A stretch of DNA of 28,314 nt from positions 1 through 28,314 of the IMG/VR virus record IMGVR_UViG_3300017909_002960, one strand, 5' to 3'. Origin of the DNA: a virus (taxonomy: Duplodnaviria > Caudoviricetes). A program made the translations under genes and the position numbers. The notes under the pieces were generated by a model. The model saw only the letters and a program-made list of their open reading frames with translations, was not told the origin of the DNA and did not search any database. Shown one piece after another: positions 1 through 8,492 of this stretch (position 1 is its first letter; each line of letters opens with the position of its first letter).

Positions 1-126
1 AATAAGTTCTAAGCTACCACCAAGTTTTCCCTGTGATTGAAGTTCAGCTACATCAGTAATAGAAAAGACACCACTATTAGATACAGTTTGATTAGGTTGA
101 TTTTGTCCTAGATAACCATAAGGCAT
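1..126 (-). CDS. Tail fibre/tail-associated protein, N-terminal part (runs off window)
   Basis: Own translation MPYGYLGQNQPNQTVSNSGVFSITDVAELQSQGKLGGSLELI; SD AAGGAG upstream; lies downstream of the tail-tip genes. Confidence 0.6.
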   Translation of the reverse strand, partial: MPYGYLGQNQPNQTVSNSGVFSITDVAELQSQGKLGGSLELI

Positions 127-136
127 TGATCACTCC

Positions 137-466
137 TTATGTTATTTCTAAAATACTTGCAAACGCCTCTAAATCGCCTGACGCATTACCACCAGTCAAA
201 TCAATTTTATCGCCATTTTCTAAAAATAATTTAGAAGTTCCTGCTAATTCAATAGTGCTATCTGCTGGAACTGAAATTGTATATGCAATTCTTGCATTTC
301 CAGAAGTTCCGTCAATAACATCAGCAGTTATTGTGTCATCTGTTGCACCATCTACATTTGTGATCCTTAAAGTTACAACAATACCTGTACCACCACTTGA
401 ATTGGTGTATAAAGTTTGAGCAGAACTTGTGACATCAAGGTATGCGTTTTTGTATGTTTCAGCCAT
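137..466 (-). CDS. Putative virion structural (tail-associated) protein, 109 aa
   Basis: Thr/Ser/Gly-rich beta-type composition; position in tail module; SD AAGGG upstream. Confidence 0.6.
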   Translation of the reverse strand: MAETYKNAYLDVTSSAQTLYTNSSGGTGIVVTLRITNVDGATDDTITADVIDGTSGNARIAYTISVPADSTIELAGTSKLFLENGDKIDLTGGNASGDLEAFASILEIT

Positions 467-476
467 ATTTCCCTTC

Positions 477-929
477 TTATCCTAATGCTAATATTAGCCC
501 AACAGTTGCTCCTGCGGGAGCTAAATTTGCAATATCTTGTGCAGTTGTTTTTTTAATATTATTACTATCAGAAACATCACCTATCATTACTTCATCTCCA
601 CCTGCAACAGTTGCTGAAGTTGAGCCATTAACATCAACTGCTAATGAAACTGCACCTGAAGTTCCACCACCACTTAAGCCTGCACCTGCAGTAACACCTG
701 TAATATCTCCTTCTCCTATAAAGTTTGCCCAAGCAGATCCGTCATAAAATTGAAGTGAATTTGTATCTTGTAAAAAGCAAAACATACCTTCGCTTGGGGA
801 AGTAACTGCACTATCTCGTGCAGTGCTATCTGCAAAAACCATAACAACTTGTTCTTGGATATAAGAATTAAATTCAGAAGCATTTACTAAATCTCCTGTT
901 GTCCATATCTTAAAACCTGCACCTGCCAT
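477..929 (-). CDS. Minor tail protein, 150 aa
   Basis: VFADSTARDSAVTSPSEGM...YDGSAW and GDITGVTAGAGLSGGGTSG motifs typical of tail/fibre proteins; SD AGGAG. Confidence 0.65.
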   Translation of the reverse strand: MAGAGFKIWTTGDLVNASEFNSYIQEQVVMVFADSTARDSAVTSPSEGMFCFLQDTNSLQFYDGSAWANFIGEGDITGVTAGAGLSGGGTSGAVSLAVDVNGSTSATVAGGDEVMIGDVSDSNNIKKTTAQDIANLAPAGATVGLILALG

Positions 930-947
930 GTTTAAATCTCCTTTTTA

Positions 948-2216
948 TTAACTATACGCAAACCTCGTTCCAATTCCAAGTCTAGCAGAACCTAATACCC
1001 ATGCGCTTGAACTTGCAGGGCTTAGAGTTAAGCTCCAATTCCATGATTGAGCACTTGCGTTTATATTGTGGCTTATGCTTTCTATCCACAACTCATCAGT
1101 ATAGCTTGAACTATCAGGATTTACTATTTTAACTGAAATTCTATCTCCAAATTCTAAACCAAGCGCTTTTTCCCAAATGTTTGTGTTTTGTCGTGGATTA
1201 ACTTTTAATTGATCAACACGCACAATTGGTAAAGCAGTTTCTGCAATTTTTTGCTCAATTAATGACAAAACATCAGTGTCATTTACATTAATTGTTGTTT
1301 TTGAACTTGTTAAAGGCCTGTATCTAATTACACTATCTGCGTCTGATATATATTGTGTTAATCCGTCTTTTCTTACCCACTCATACACATTAATTATTTC
1401 GTTCAAATCAAAGCTTGTAACAACATCTGTATATGGTAAGTTTGTTCCGTCATTACTAAATGTTGCTTGAATTGTTGTAGCTTTTACATTTGATAATTTA
1501 TAATCTCTATTTCTAAAAACTGCTTTTCCGTCTTTACCTATAAAAAATTGTGCATTTTCTGCTAATTCACAATCTCGTAGGGCAGTTAAAATGTTTGGAT
1601 TTGTTCCACTTTGGCTTTGAACTTGATTTGTTCCTGTTTGTATATCCCTTAAAGCGCTTGGGAATTGTATTAAATTTAATATTCTTGAAACTCTTGCTGA
1701 ACTTAATTCAACTATATCCTCATACCCAAAAACTGTGCTTTCTCCAATTTCACTAAAACCACCTCTACCTATTCTCCAACCTGCACTTTCAAAATTTTGT
1801 GAATTAAATATCTTAAAAGCATCAACACAATTAAAATCAACTGTGCTATCAGCACCTAAAGCAGGATATTTAACAGGGATCGTGTCAAGAAAACCATAAA
1901 AAACAGGATATTCTGTTGCGTCATAAGTTGCAGTAATTTTTACCACTTTATAAGGTTGTATTTTTGTTATTGAATTAGCAGTATCATAATAAGGGCTTGC
2001 AGTATTATTGGGATTAAACCTGTTATCTGCATTACTTAAAGTAAGTGTTGCAGTTCCATTAATAAACTGTCCTAATTCATTAGTCCTTCCTCTTTTAGTA
2101 TTTATTTGCCTTACATAAGTAGAAATATCTGTAAATGACTGCGTGTCGTCAAAAGGATTACTGTCAAAAGCAACTTCTACTTTTAAATCTACATTACTGT
2201 CAAAAGAAACAGGCAT
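948..2216 (-). CDS. Tail tip/baseplate hub-like protein, 422 aa
   Basis: Immediately follows tape measure (TAATG coupling); RGRTNELGQF...L.NADNRFNP and C-terminal LEFGDRISV...IESISH motifs typical of siphophage tail-tip proteins. Confidence 0.7.
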   Translation of the reverse strand: MPVSFDSNVDLKVEVAFDSNPFDDTQSFTDISTYVRQINTKRGRTNELGQFINGTATLTLSNADNRFNPNNTASPYYDTANSITKIQPYKVVKITATYDATEYPVFYGFLDTIPVKYPALGADSTVDFNCVDAFKIFNSQNFESAGWRIGRGGFSEIGESTVFGYEDIVELSSARVSRILNLIQFPSALRDIQTGTNQVQSQSGTNPNILTALRDCELAENAQFFIGKDGKAVFRNRDYKLSNVKATTIQATFSNDGTNLPYTDVVTSFDLNEIINVYEWVRKDGLTQYISDADSVIRYRPLTSSKTTINVNDTDVLSLIEQKIAETALPIVRVDQLKVNPRQNTNIWEKALGLEFGDRISVKIVNPDSSSYTDELWIESISHNINASAQSWNWSLTLSPASSSAWVLGSARLGIGTRFAYS

Positions 2217-4690
2217 TAAATAAACTCAACTCCTCGTTTTTTTGCTTCTTGGAAGGCAGTTGAAACACTATTAATAAACTCATCTGAAGTTCCTACATTT
2301 GTTCCTTGATTATAAATATTTATATTTGTTTCCCCTAAAACTTCTGCAGTTAATCTTGATCTTGCGTCACTTGTTGTAGTTGTTGTTGCAGGGAATTTTT
2401 GTGGAGTTCCACCGACACCACCACCACCTGCACCACCACTTGTTGCAGGGCCTAAATCAATCCCAACTTTTGATAATTGGCTTGCATTGTTAAATAAATC
2501 TCCAAATAAACCATTTATTGTTCCAATTTTTTCTCCTGTTATTTTGGCTAATTTATTTAATGCGTCCTCAAAACCTTTTGTACCAACACCAAAACCTGCT
2601 AATGCTTTTGTTAAATTTTCCTGTGCTATTGCCTGTTCAAGTAAATTTCTTGCAGATTTTTCACTTAATTTATTTAATTCTTTTTGAGCTTCAGCAACAC
2701 GATCAATAGCTTCCTTTTGTAAGTCTTTTGCTCTTGTAACATTTTCCTCTGCTCTTTTAACATCTTGAAGTGCTTTTTCTTCCTCTTGTGATAATGCAAC
2801 ACTATCCTCACGAAGTTTTATTAAACCTTCCTCTAGTATTTTTAATTCTAGTTTTTGTATAGCAGATAATTCACCCGCTTCTTTAAGATCTTTTATTGCT
2901 TGTTCTTGCCTTAATATTGCAAGTTCCTCTTCAGCAGTAACTTTTGCTCCAAGACCTTTAACATCATTTAGCCTTTGTTGTGCTTTTTCTAATTCTGTTG
3001 TTGCGTCTTTAACTGCTTGATCAGCTTTAAGTTTTTTAGCAACTTCTTTATTTCGTTTAGTTTCTGCACGATCAATTCTGTCCTGCATAGCTTGTAATTG
3101 ATCAAAAGCTTGCAAAACACTCTGTAAGCCTCCAAATAAGCCGTCCTCGTATGCCTGTGCAGCTTCTAAGGCTTCCTTTGCGTTATCATTTAAAGCTATC
3201 CCATTTTCATCTAGAAGATGAGTTAATTCAGCAACTGTAAAATTAGTTCCGTCTAATATTTCCTCAAGTGTCTTTGTTGTATCAATATAATCTCCTGCTT
3301 CATCTGTTGTGTCGTGGTATTGATTACGCATGCGTCTGTAAATATCAACACTTCTGTGTGTTATTTCTTGATTTTTTCTAAATTCCTCATTACCTTTTCC
3401 AATAATTTTTACAATACCTGCAATAGCAATACCTACTGCAGTTGCAACTGGAGCAAAAGGGCCTAAAACTGCCACAACACCGATCATCGCTAATTTAAAC
3501 TTCTTTGCACTATCCTCTGCATTTTTTTGTCCCTCTTTAAAAGCAACAACTCGTTCTGTTGCAGTTTGAAAAAATTGAACTGCCTTTTCTAAAGCAGGCA
3601 CAATATCCTCTCCAATAATTATGGCTAAATTTTGCAGTGTGTTTTGTAGTATTTGTGTTTGTGCTTTAAAACTTTCTAACTGTTTTTCAGCAATTTCTTG
3701 TGTCGTTCCCGAAGCTCCTCTAAGTTCTTTTTCATATTCTCGTATTTGATCTGTAGAGCCTGATAATATTTTAATTCCGTCTGCAACACCACGATTAAGG
3801 CCTAATTGATCAAGAGTAGCCGCCTTCATTTCGTCACTCATAGGGCCTAACACTCTATCAAGTTCCTCTATAACATCAGCAACATTTCTAAAGTTTCCCT
3901 GAGCGTCAAACATTTCTAAGCCTAATGCTTCAAATTCTTTTTTATTTTTTGAAGTTGCTCTAGGAATATCACGAAGTATTTGGTTTAATTTATCTCCTGC
4001 TTCTGCACCTTTAACACCTCTATCAGCAAAAGCCGCAAGAACTGCAACACCTTCCTCAACATCTTTATTTACAACCTTCAAAGCCGCACCTGCCTTAGTT
4101 GTTAATGCTTCAGAAAACTGTTGCACAGTTGCGTTTGCTAATGTGTTTGCTTTTACTAAAACATCAGTAACACGAGTTAAATTAGTTAAGTTTTTTTGTG
4201 CGTCATCAACACTTAAACCTAATGCTGATTGTGCGTCTGTTGCTAAGTCTGTTGCAGTAGCCATGTCAAACATACCTGCTTGAGCAAAAGCCGCAACTTG
4301 TGGTAAAGCCGCAATTGACTGTTCTGCGTCTAAACCTGCAGAAGCTAAGAAAAAGTATGCTTCTGCACTTTGATCTGCACTAATTGTAGTTTGTAAGGCC
4401 ACATCACGAGCAACTTGAGCCATTCTGTTTTGTTGTTCTGTTGTCGTGTTCATGATCGCTAAAGACTGCGTCATTTTATCGTCAAATTCAGTAAATGCTT
4501 TAACACTTGAACTTACTGCCTTAGCAACTCCGATCATAGCAACTGCTAAGCCTGCGACACCAACTTTTGCTAATTTACCAAATTTACCACCAAGCAAAGT
4601 GCTTGATTTACCTAAACTGTTTAATTGGGCTTTTGCAAGATTAGCTCCTTTTGTCGCTATCCTGATTATTAAATCTGATCCTGCACCCAT
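2216..4690 (-). CDS. Tape measure protein (TP901-type core), 824 aa
   Basis: Ala-rich helical protein with AEAYFFLASAG, GVKGAEAG motifs, hydrophobic segments and C-terminal coiled coil; follows chaperone genes. Confidence 0.92.
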   Translation of the reverse strand: MGAGSDLIIRIATKGANLAKAQLNSLGKSSTLLGGKFGKLAKVGVAGLAVAMIGVAKAVSSSVKAFTEFDDKMTQSLAIMNTTTEQQNRMAQVARDVALQTTISADQSAEAYFFLASAGLDAEQSIAALPQVAAFAQAGMFDMATATDLATDAQSALGLSVDDAQKNLTNLTRVTDVLVKANTLANATVQQFSEALTTKAGAALKVVNKDVEEGVAVLAAFADRGVKGAEAGDKLNQILRDIPRATSKNKKEFEALGLEMFDAQGNFRNVADVIEELDRVLGPMSDEMKAATLDQLGLNRGVADGIKILSGSTDQIREYEKELRGASGTTQEIAEKQLESFKAQTQILQNTLQNLAIIIGEDIVPALEKAVQFFQTATERVVAFKEGQKNAEDSAKKFKLAMIGVVAVLGPFAPVATAVGIAIAGIVKIIGKGNEEFRKNQEITHRSVDIYRRMRNQYHDTTDEAGDYIDTTKTLEEILDGTNFTVAELTHLLDENGIALNDNAKEALEAAQAYEDGLFGGLQSVLQAFDQLQAMQDRIDRAETKRNKEVAKKLKADQAVKDATTELEKAQQRLNDVKGLGAKVTAEEELAILRQEQAIKDLKEAGELSAIQKLELKILEEGLIKLREDSVALSQEEEKALQDVKRAEENVTRAKDLQKEAIDRVAEAQKELNKLSEKSARNLLEQAIAQENLTKALAGFGVGTKGFEDALNKLAKITGEKIGTINGLFGDLFNNASQLSKVGIDLGPATSGGAGGGGVGGTPQKFPATTTTTSDARSRLTAEVLGETNINIYNQGTNVGTSDEFINSVSTAFQEAKKRGVEFI

Positions 4691-4693
4691 TTT

Positions 4694-4880
4694 TTACCTT
4701 TTTTTATTACTTTCTGCTTGCGCTAATGCTATGGCTTTATTTTGCTCGTCTTGTTCATAAACATAAAACGCAACCCATTGGTTATACTCGTATGAAGACA
4801 TTTTACTACGAAGTTCTCCAACTGTCATGGATAGATCACGAGCTAATCGGAATTGAAAAAAAGTATCAGGATTATTCTTG
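4694..4880 (-). CDS. Tail assembly chaperone C-terminal (gpT-like) segment, probably made by frameshift from the upstream ORF
   Basis: FRLARDLSMTVGELRSKMSSYEYNQW motif; the frame overlaps the end of 4872..5213 and has no SD-led start of its own. Confidence 0.7.
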
Positions 4881-5213
4881 AAATTCATCAGACATTTCTG
4901 CCTGAACATCTCCCCCAATTCCGTTTAAATCTGCTATTTCAATAAAGACTTTATCAATTACACTTGCGTCCTTTTCGTATAATTTATCTATTGCGTCATC
5001 ATCTAAAACAGGATTAATAACACTAGCTTTGAGTAAAGCCTTTTGATAATCAAATGCGTCTTTTCCTTCATCGGTGCTTATTCTTGCAAGTTCAACTTGC
5101 ATTTTTTTTGTTAAACCCTTTACCTGTATTTTTGCGTTCCACTCAGGGATCTCAATTTCTTTTACAGGCACATCAGGAATATCTTTGATGTTTTCTAAAT
5201 TTAGTATTTCCAT
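4872..5213 (-). CDS. Tail assembly chaperone (gpG-like), 113 aa
   Basis: Between tail tube and tape measure; EIEIPEW...VKGL motif; SD AAGGA. Confidence 0.8.
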   Translation of the reverse strand: MEILNLENIKDIPDVPVKEIEIPEWNAKIQVKGLTKKMQVELARISTDEGKDAFDYQKALLKASVINPVLDDDAIDKLYEKDASVIDKVFIEIADLNGIGGDVQAEMSDEFQE

Positions 5214-5235
5214 TGTGTTCCTTTACTCTAAAAAT

Positions 5236-5646
5236 TTAGTGAGTTGCTCTAGTCACATCTCCACTAACCTGAAAATCAGCTGAATAAGATACTACATCTC
5301 CAACAGGTGAGTTTTTTGCATAGCTTGTAAGTATTGCCTCTCCTGTATATTTTACATTTCCTGCAGTAGTTCCTTCAGGCGAATATTCAAAGGATAGTGT
5401 AGCTGATTGACCAACAACTGCACCGAAAATTCCGTCTGCTGTTGCGTCCCAAAGACCTGCCAATGATATTGTGCTATCTTTAAGGCCAACAATATATGTT
5501 TTACTTCCATCTCCAAGTGTGGTTGTTTCAGCCACATCTGCAGTTTGTGGGAAGTCCACAGAATTTACATAAGTAGATATATCGGTTAATGATCCACCTG
5601 AATTATCTAACTTAAAAACACTGTCTTTTCCATGCACAAAAGCCAT
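5236..5646 (-). CDS. Tail tube (major tail) protein, 136 aa
   Basis: ADVAETTTLGD..KTYIVGLKD and YSADFQVSGDVT motifs; SD AGGAG; upstream of chaperones. Confidence 0.85.
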   Translation of the reverse strand: MAFVHGKDSVFKLDNSGGSLTDISTYVNSVDFPQTADVAETTTLGDGSKTYIVGLKDSTISLAGLWDATADGIFGAVVGQSATLSFEYSPEGTTAGNVKYTGEAILTSYAKNSPVGDVVSYSADFQVSGDVTRATH

Positions 5647-5657
5647 AACTTTTCTCC

Positions 5658-6368
5658 TTAATTATTTCTACCAAAGCCGATTATAGCAGTAAATGAAGGG
5701 CTTGTTCCTCCAACTGTAAATTCAGCTTTTAAGTATCTATTTACTGTCGTTCCTTCTGCAACTAATTTAACTTCACTTGTGGTTGTTGTTGCTTGTGTAA
5801 AAGTAACAAGATCCACATAAGTTACATCATCAGCAGAGTGAGTTATTTTTGCGTCTAGTGTTGGTGTTGTACCACTTGCACTAGATACAATTAAAAAACC
5901 TGCACCACCATTTGCAGTAGATAAAGTATTATCTCTTGCAGTTCCACTAGCAGTTGCAGTATAAGTTGCGTTTTCAAGAACTGTTCCACTGTATAACCCA
6001 CTATCAGTTTGTATGTCAAGTGAAGTTGCTACAATATCTCCAACAGGGCTTGAAACTCCATAATTATTAATATTACCTTTACCGAATACGCAACTATCTG
6101 TTGCGTCTAATCCGTCAATTCCAACTGATACGATCATATCAGCACCACCAAGCAAAGGTTGTAAGGTTGCGTCAGCAGTTGCGTCAAAAAAACCACCAAT
6201 AGTAAGTGTTCCGTCTTTATTTCCTGAAATATAAGTTTTAGATGATTTACCAAAGGTTGTACTTTCAGCAATATCAGCAGTTTGTGTTGTATCTACATTA
6301 TTAAAGTAACTTGAAAAATCTGTATTGTTTACAAATACAACTGTATCTTTACCATGCTTAAAAGCCAT
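5658..6368 (-). CDS. Second tail-tube paralogue with C-terminal beta-rich extension, 236 aa
   Basis: N-terminal ~125 aa aligns by eye with 5236..5646 (MAF.HGKD, QTAD.AE.TT.G..SKTYI.G.KD, DATAD, SPVGD.V). Confidence 0.75.
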   Translation of the reverse strand: MAFKHGKDTVVFVNNTDFSSYFNNVDTTQTADIAESTTFGKSSKTYISGNKDGTLTIGGFFDATADATLQPLLGGADMIVSVGIDGLDATDSCVFGKGNINNYGVSSPVGDIVATSLDIQTDSGLYSGTVLENATYTATASGTARDNTLSTANGGAGFLIVSSASGTTPTLDAKITHSADDVTYVDLVTFTQATTTTSEVKLVAEGTTVNRYLKAEFTVGGTSPSFTAIIGFGRNN

Positions 6369-6448
6369 TATCTCTTACCTCTTGATCCTCTGCGTCTGCG
6401 TGACCTTCTACTTCCACCACTTCCGCTTCCATATTTACCATAACCCAT
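6368..6448 (-). CDS. 26-aa Arg/Gly/Ser-rich basic microprotein (not in ORF track)
   Basis: MGYGKYGSGSGGSRRSRRRRGSRGKR; TAATG stop/start overlaps at both ends; SD GAGGAGG. Confidence 0.75.
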   Translation of the reverse strand: MGYGKYGSGSGGSRRSRRRRGSRGKR

Positions 6449-6663
6449 TATTCCTCCTCAAGCACTTCTTCAAATTCTGTGTCGTGATCATCAACAACTT
6501 CCTGTAATTTTTTTGCTTGATAATTCTTATCTATCTTAACAATTATTCCTTGATCCTTTAGCCATTTTTGACTTTTATTTGGAATATCCTTTTGATCAAC
6601 AATAGATCCTTCCTCAAGAACTTTTCCGTCAATATTTAAACTTTGCTTTATTTCAAATTTCAT
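6448..6663 (-). CDS. Small hypothetical protein, neck/tail region, 71 aa
   Basis: ATGA overlap with upstream gene; acidic C-terminus. Confidence 0.65.
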   Translation of the reverse strand: MKFEIKQSLNIDGKVLEEGSIVDQKDIPNKSQKWLKDQGIIVKIDKNYQAKKLQEVVDDHDTEFEEVLEEE

Positions 6664-7067
6664 GCAATAACCTCTACTGTAAATTCTACCCCCAAATAAT
6701 TAATATTATTTATATTATAGACACCATATTGTCCTGCACTAATTACTCTAACAGATTGAGCTTGTGAGTTCAAGGTTGTGTCACTTTCAACTTGTGCCTT
6801 TACTGAACTTGCACCTGAACTTGCTAAATAACTATCTAAGGTTTCTTGACTATCTTGAGCATCAACTCTAGAAACATATAAATAAATAGGAATTTCGTAT
6901 CTATCAGCACCTCTTTGCATACTTGCGTCATAATTAATCTCCTCCATTACACCAACAACTGCAGTTGGTGGCTCTATACTATCAGGCACATATCCATATA
7001 CACTTAAACTTGTAATATTCGCTAAATTATTTTTTATTTCGTTTCTTATATTAGTTAAACTAGCCAC
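6660..7067 (-). CDS. Tail terminator-like protein, 135 aa
   Basis: Position upstream of tail tube; VYGYVPDSIEPPTAVV motif and C-terminal GVEFTVEVI beta strand. Confidence 0.7.
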   Translation of the reverse strand: MASLTNIRNEIKNNLANITSLSVYGYVPDSIEPPTAVVGVMEEINYDASMQRGADRYEIPIYLYVSRVDAQDSQETLDSYLASSGASSVKAQVESDTTLNSQAQSVRVISAGQYGVYNINNINYLGVEFTVEVIA

Positions 7068-7596
7068 TTCCTAAACTTCCTTTCGGCAACCTACGACTTG
7101 CTTTCCATTTTGCTTCTATTTGCAAACCTGTTCCTTTTAATAATAGTTTCTTTTTTCCTTCATTTTTCTTAATTGCAATTTTAAAAAATGGAATTATTGG
7201 AGTTCCTTTTTCTGCTATTGACTTTTGAACTAAATATACAGGGATCCCTTTTGCGTCTGCCCAACCCTGTAATGCTTTCTTTGGTGGCCAATGAGGTTTT
7301 GTTCTACTCCATGGCTTACTTAGTTTGTGTTTATCATCATAAAAACCATGCACAAATAAAGCATGATCGGCTCTAGAAAATACATCAATTCCTTCAGGTA
7401 AGCCACCTGCACCTCTTACATGACGAAATGTAAGTGATCCTCTCAAATCTCCACTAAATCTAGGTGCTTCCTTTTTTGCAGTCGTAACTACTAATTGACC
7501 ATATTGAGAAAAAAAGTTTCTTAAAGCAACTCCTGCTAATGCGTTTAATTCAAGTCTTTTAGCAAGATTTCTACCACCCTGTATATCAAAACTCAT
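7060..7596 (-). CDS. HK97 gp10-like neck/tail-completion protein, 178 aa
   Basis: AKKEAPRFSGDLRGSL, ALFVHG, TKPHWPP and GTPIIPFF motifs. Confidence 0.75.
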   Translation of the reverse strand: MSFDIQGGRNLAKRLELNALAGVALRNFFSQYGQLVVTTAKKEAPRFSGDLRGSLTFRHVRGAGGLPEGIDVFSRADHALFVHGFYDDKHKLSKPWSRTKPHWPPKKALQGWADAKGIPVYLVQKSIAEKGTPIIPFFKIAIKKNEGKKKLLLKGTGLQIEAKWKASRRLPKGSLGSG

Positions 7597-8219
7597 AAAC
7601 TTCTTTTAATATAACCTTTAATTAATTGTTTTGCGTCAGGATCCATTTTGCTAAATAACTCTTGTGTTCCTGTTGCTTCATTACCAAAAACATTAAAGGG
7701 TGTATCTTTTCTTTTAAATAATCTAGTTGCTTGTAATAATGTTGCTTGTGAAATTGCTTCAGGAATTGCAGACCAACCAAATTTTGCTTGAATTTTTATA
7801 TTTTTTACTACAAGTGGATCAAACCTTTCACTTGATCTTGTTGCTAATATTTGTAATTCTGTATAAGGCCAAAAATAATCTGCATTTGATATTTTATGTG
7901 CCTTTGGATTAAAAGGCTTTAATACAAAATCTGTATCAAGTGTAAGTGTTGTGTCATAAGTTCCATTATCGGTTGTGTCTAGTTGCACAATTAAACCTGT
8001 GGTTGTGCTTATATCATCTACATATAAAATAAATTCATTAGTTGGAGTGTAATAATGAGCATTTACACTATCATCTTGATAGAAGTATCTGTCACAAATT
8101 TTATCTATAAGCCTTGAAGCCGCATTTATTGCGTTATCTAAGTTTGTGTCTTGACCTGTTCCACTCAAACCCAAATAAGTCTTTAAATCCTCTTTATCTA
8201 CATATTGAGTATGAGCCAT
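7593..8219 (-). CDS. Head-tail adaptor (HK97 gp6/SPP1 gp15-like), 208 aa
   Basis: LKTYLG...AINAASRLIDKICDRYF and FGWSAIPEAISQATL motifs. Confidence 0.8.
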   Translation of the reverse strand: MAHTQYVDKEDLKTYLGLSGTGQDTNLDNAINAASRLIDKICDRYFYQDDSVNAHYYTPTNEFILYVDDISTTTGLIVQLDTTDNGTYDTTLTLDTDFVLKPFNPKAHKISNADYFWPYTELQILATRSSERFDPLVVKNIKIQAKFGWSAIPEAISQATLLQATRLFKRKDTPFNVFGNEATGTQELFSKMDPDAKQLIKGYIKRSL

Positions 8220-8226
8220 TTAAGAC

Positions 8227-8418
8227 CTACTTTGTGTCTTGAACTTTTTTAGCTTTATTCTCTGCTTTTAAGCCGTATTCTTTTGCTTCTAGATCACTGA
8301 TTTCCTCGCCTGCACGAGCAATTAATTTACCTTTTGCCCAACCTTTAGGAAGTCCATTTGCAGTACCTTCCTTTACTTCGCCTTCTTCATTGATCCATAA
8401 ATCTTTTTTAATTTTCAT
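8227..8418 (-). CDS. Small hypothetical protein after capsid, 63 aa (start revised to 8418)
   Basis: AAGGA SD before MKIKKDLW; the longer track start runs through a hairpin; C-terminal AENKAKK motif is common in post-capsid small proteins. Confidence 0.7.
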   Translation of the reverse strand: MKIKKDLWINEEGEVKEGTANGLPKGWAKGKLIARAGEEISDLEAKEYGLKAENKAKKVQDTK

Positions 8419-8434
8419 ATTTTCCTTTTTTTTT

Positions 8435-8482
8435 GTTTGGTTTGCACTCGCCTGTTTATAAGACAAGTGCGAAACCAAAACC
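8435..8482 (-). terminator. Long stem-loop 3' of major capsid gene (terminator/attenuator or mRNA stabiliser)
   Basis: UUUGGUUU(C)GCACUUGUCU-UAUAAAC-AGGCGAGUGC-AAACCAAA; two G-U pairs valid only on minus-strand RNA; no U-tract. Confidence 0.6.
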
Positions 8483-8492
8483 ATTAACTTAA

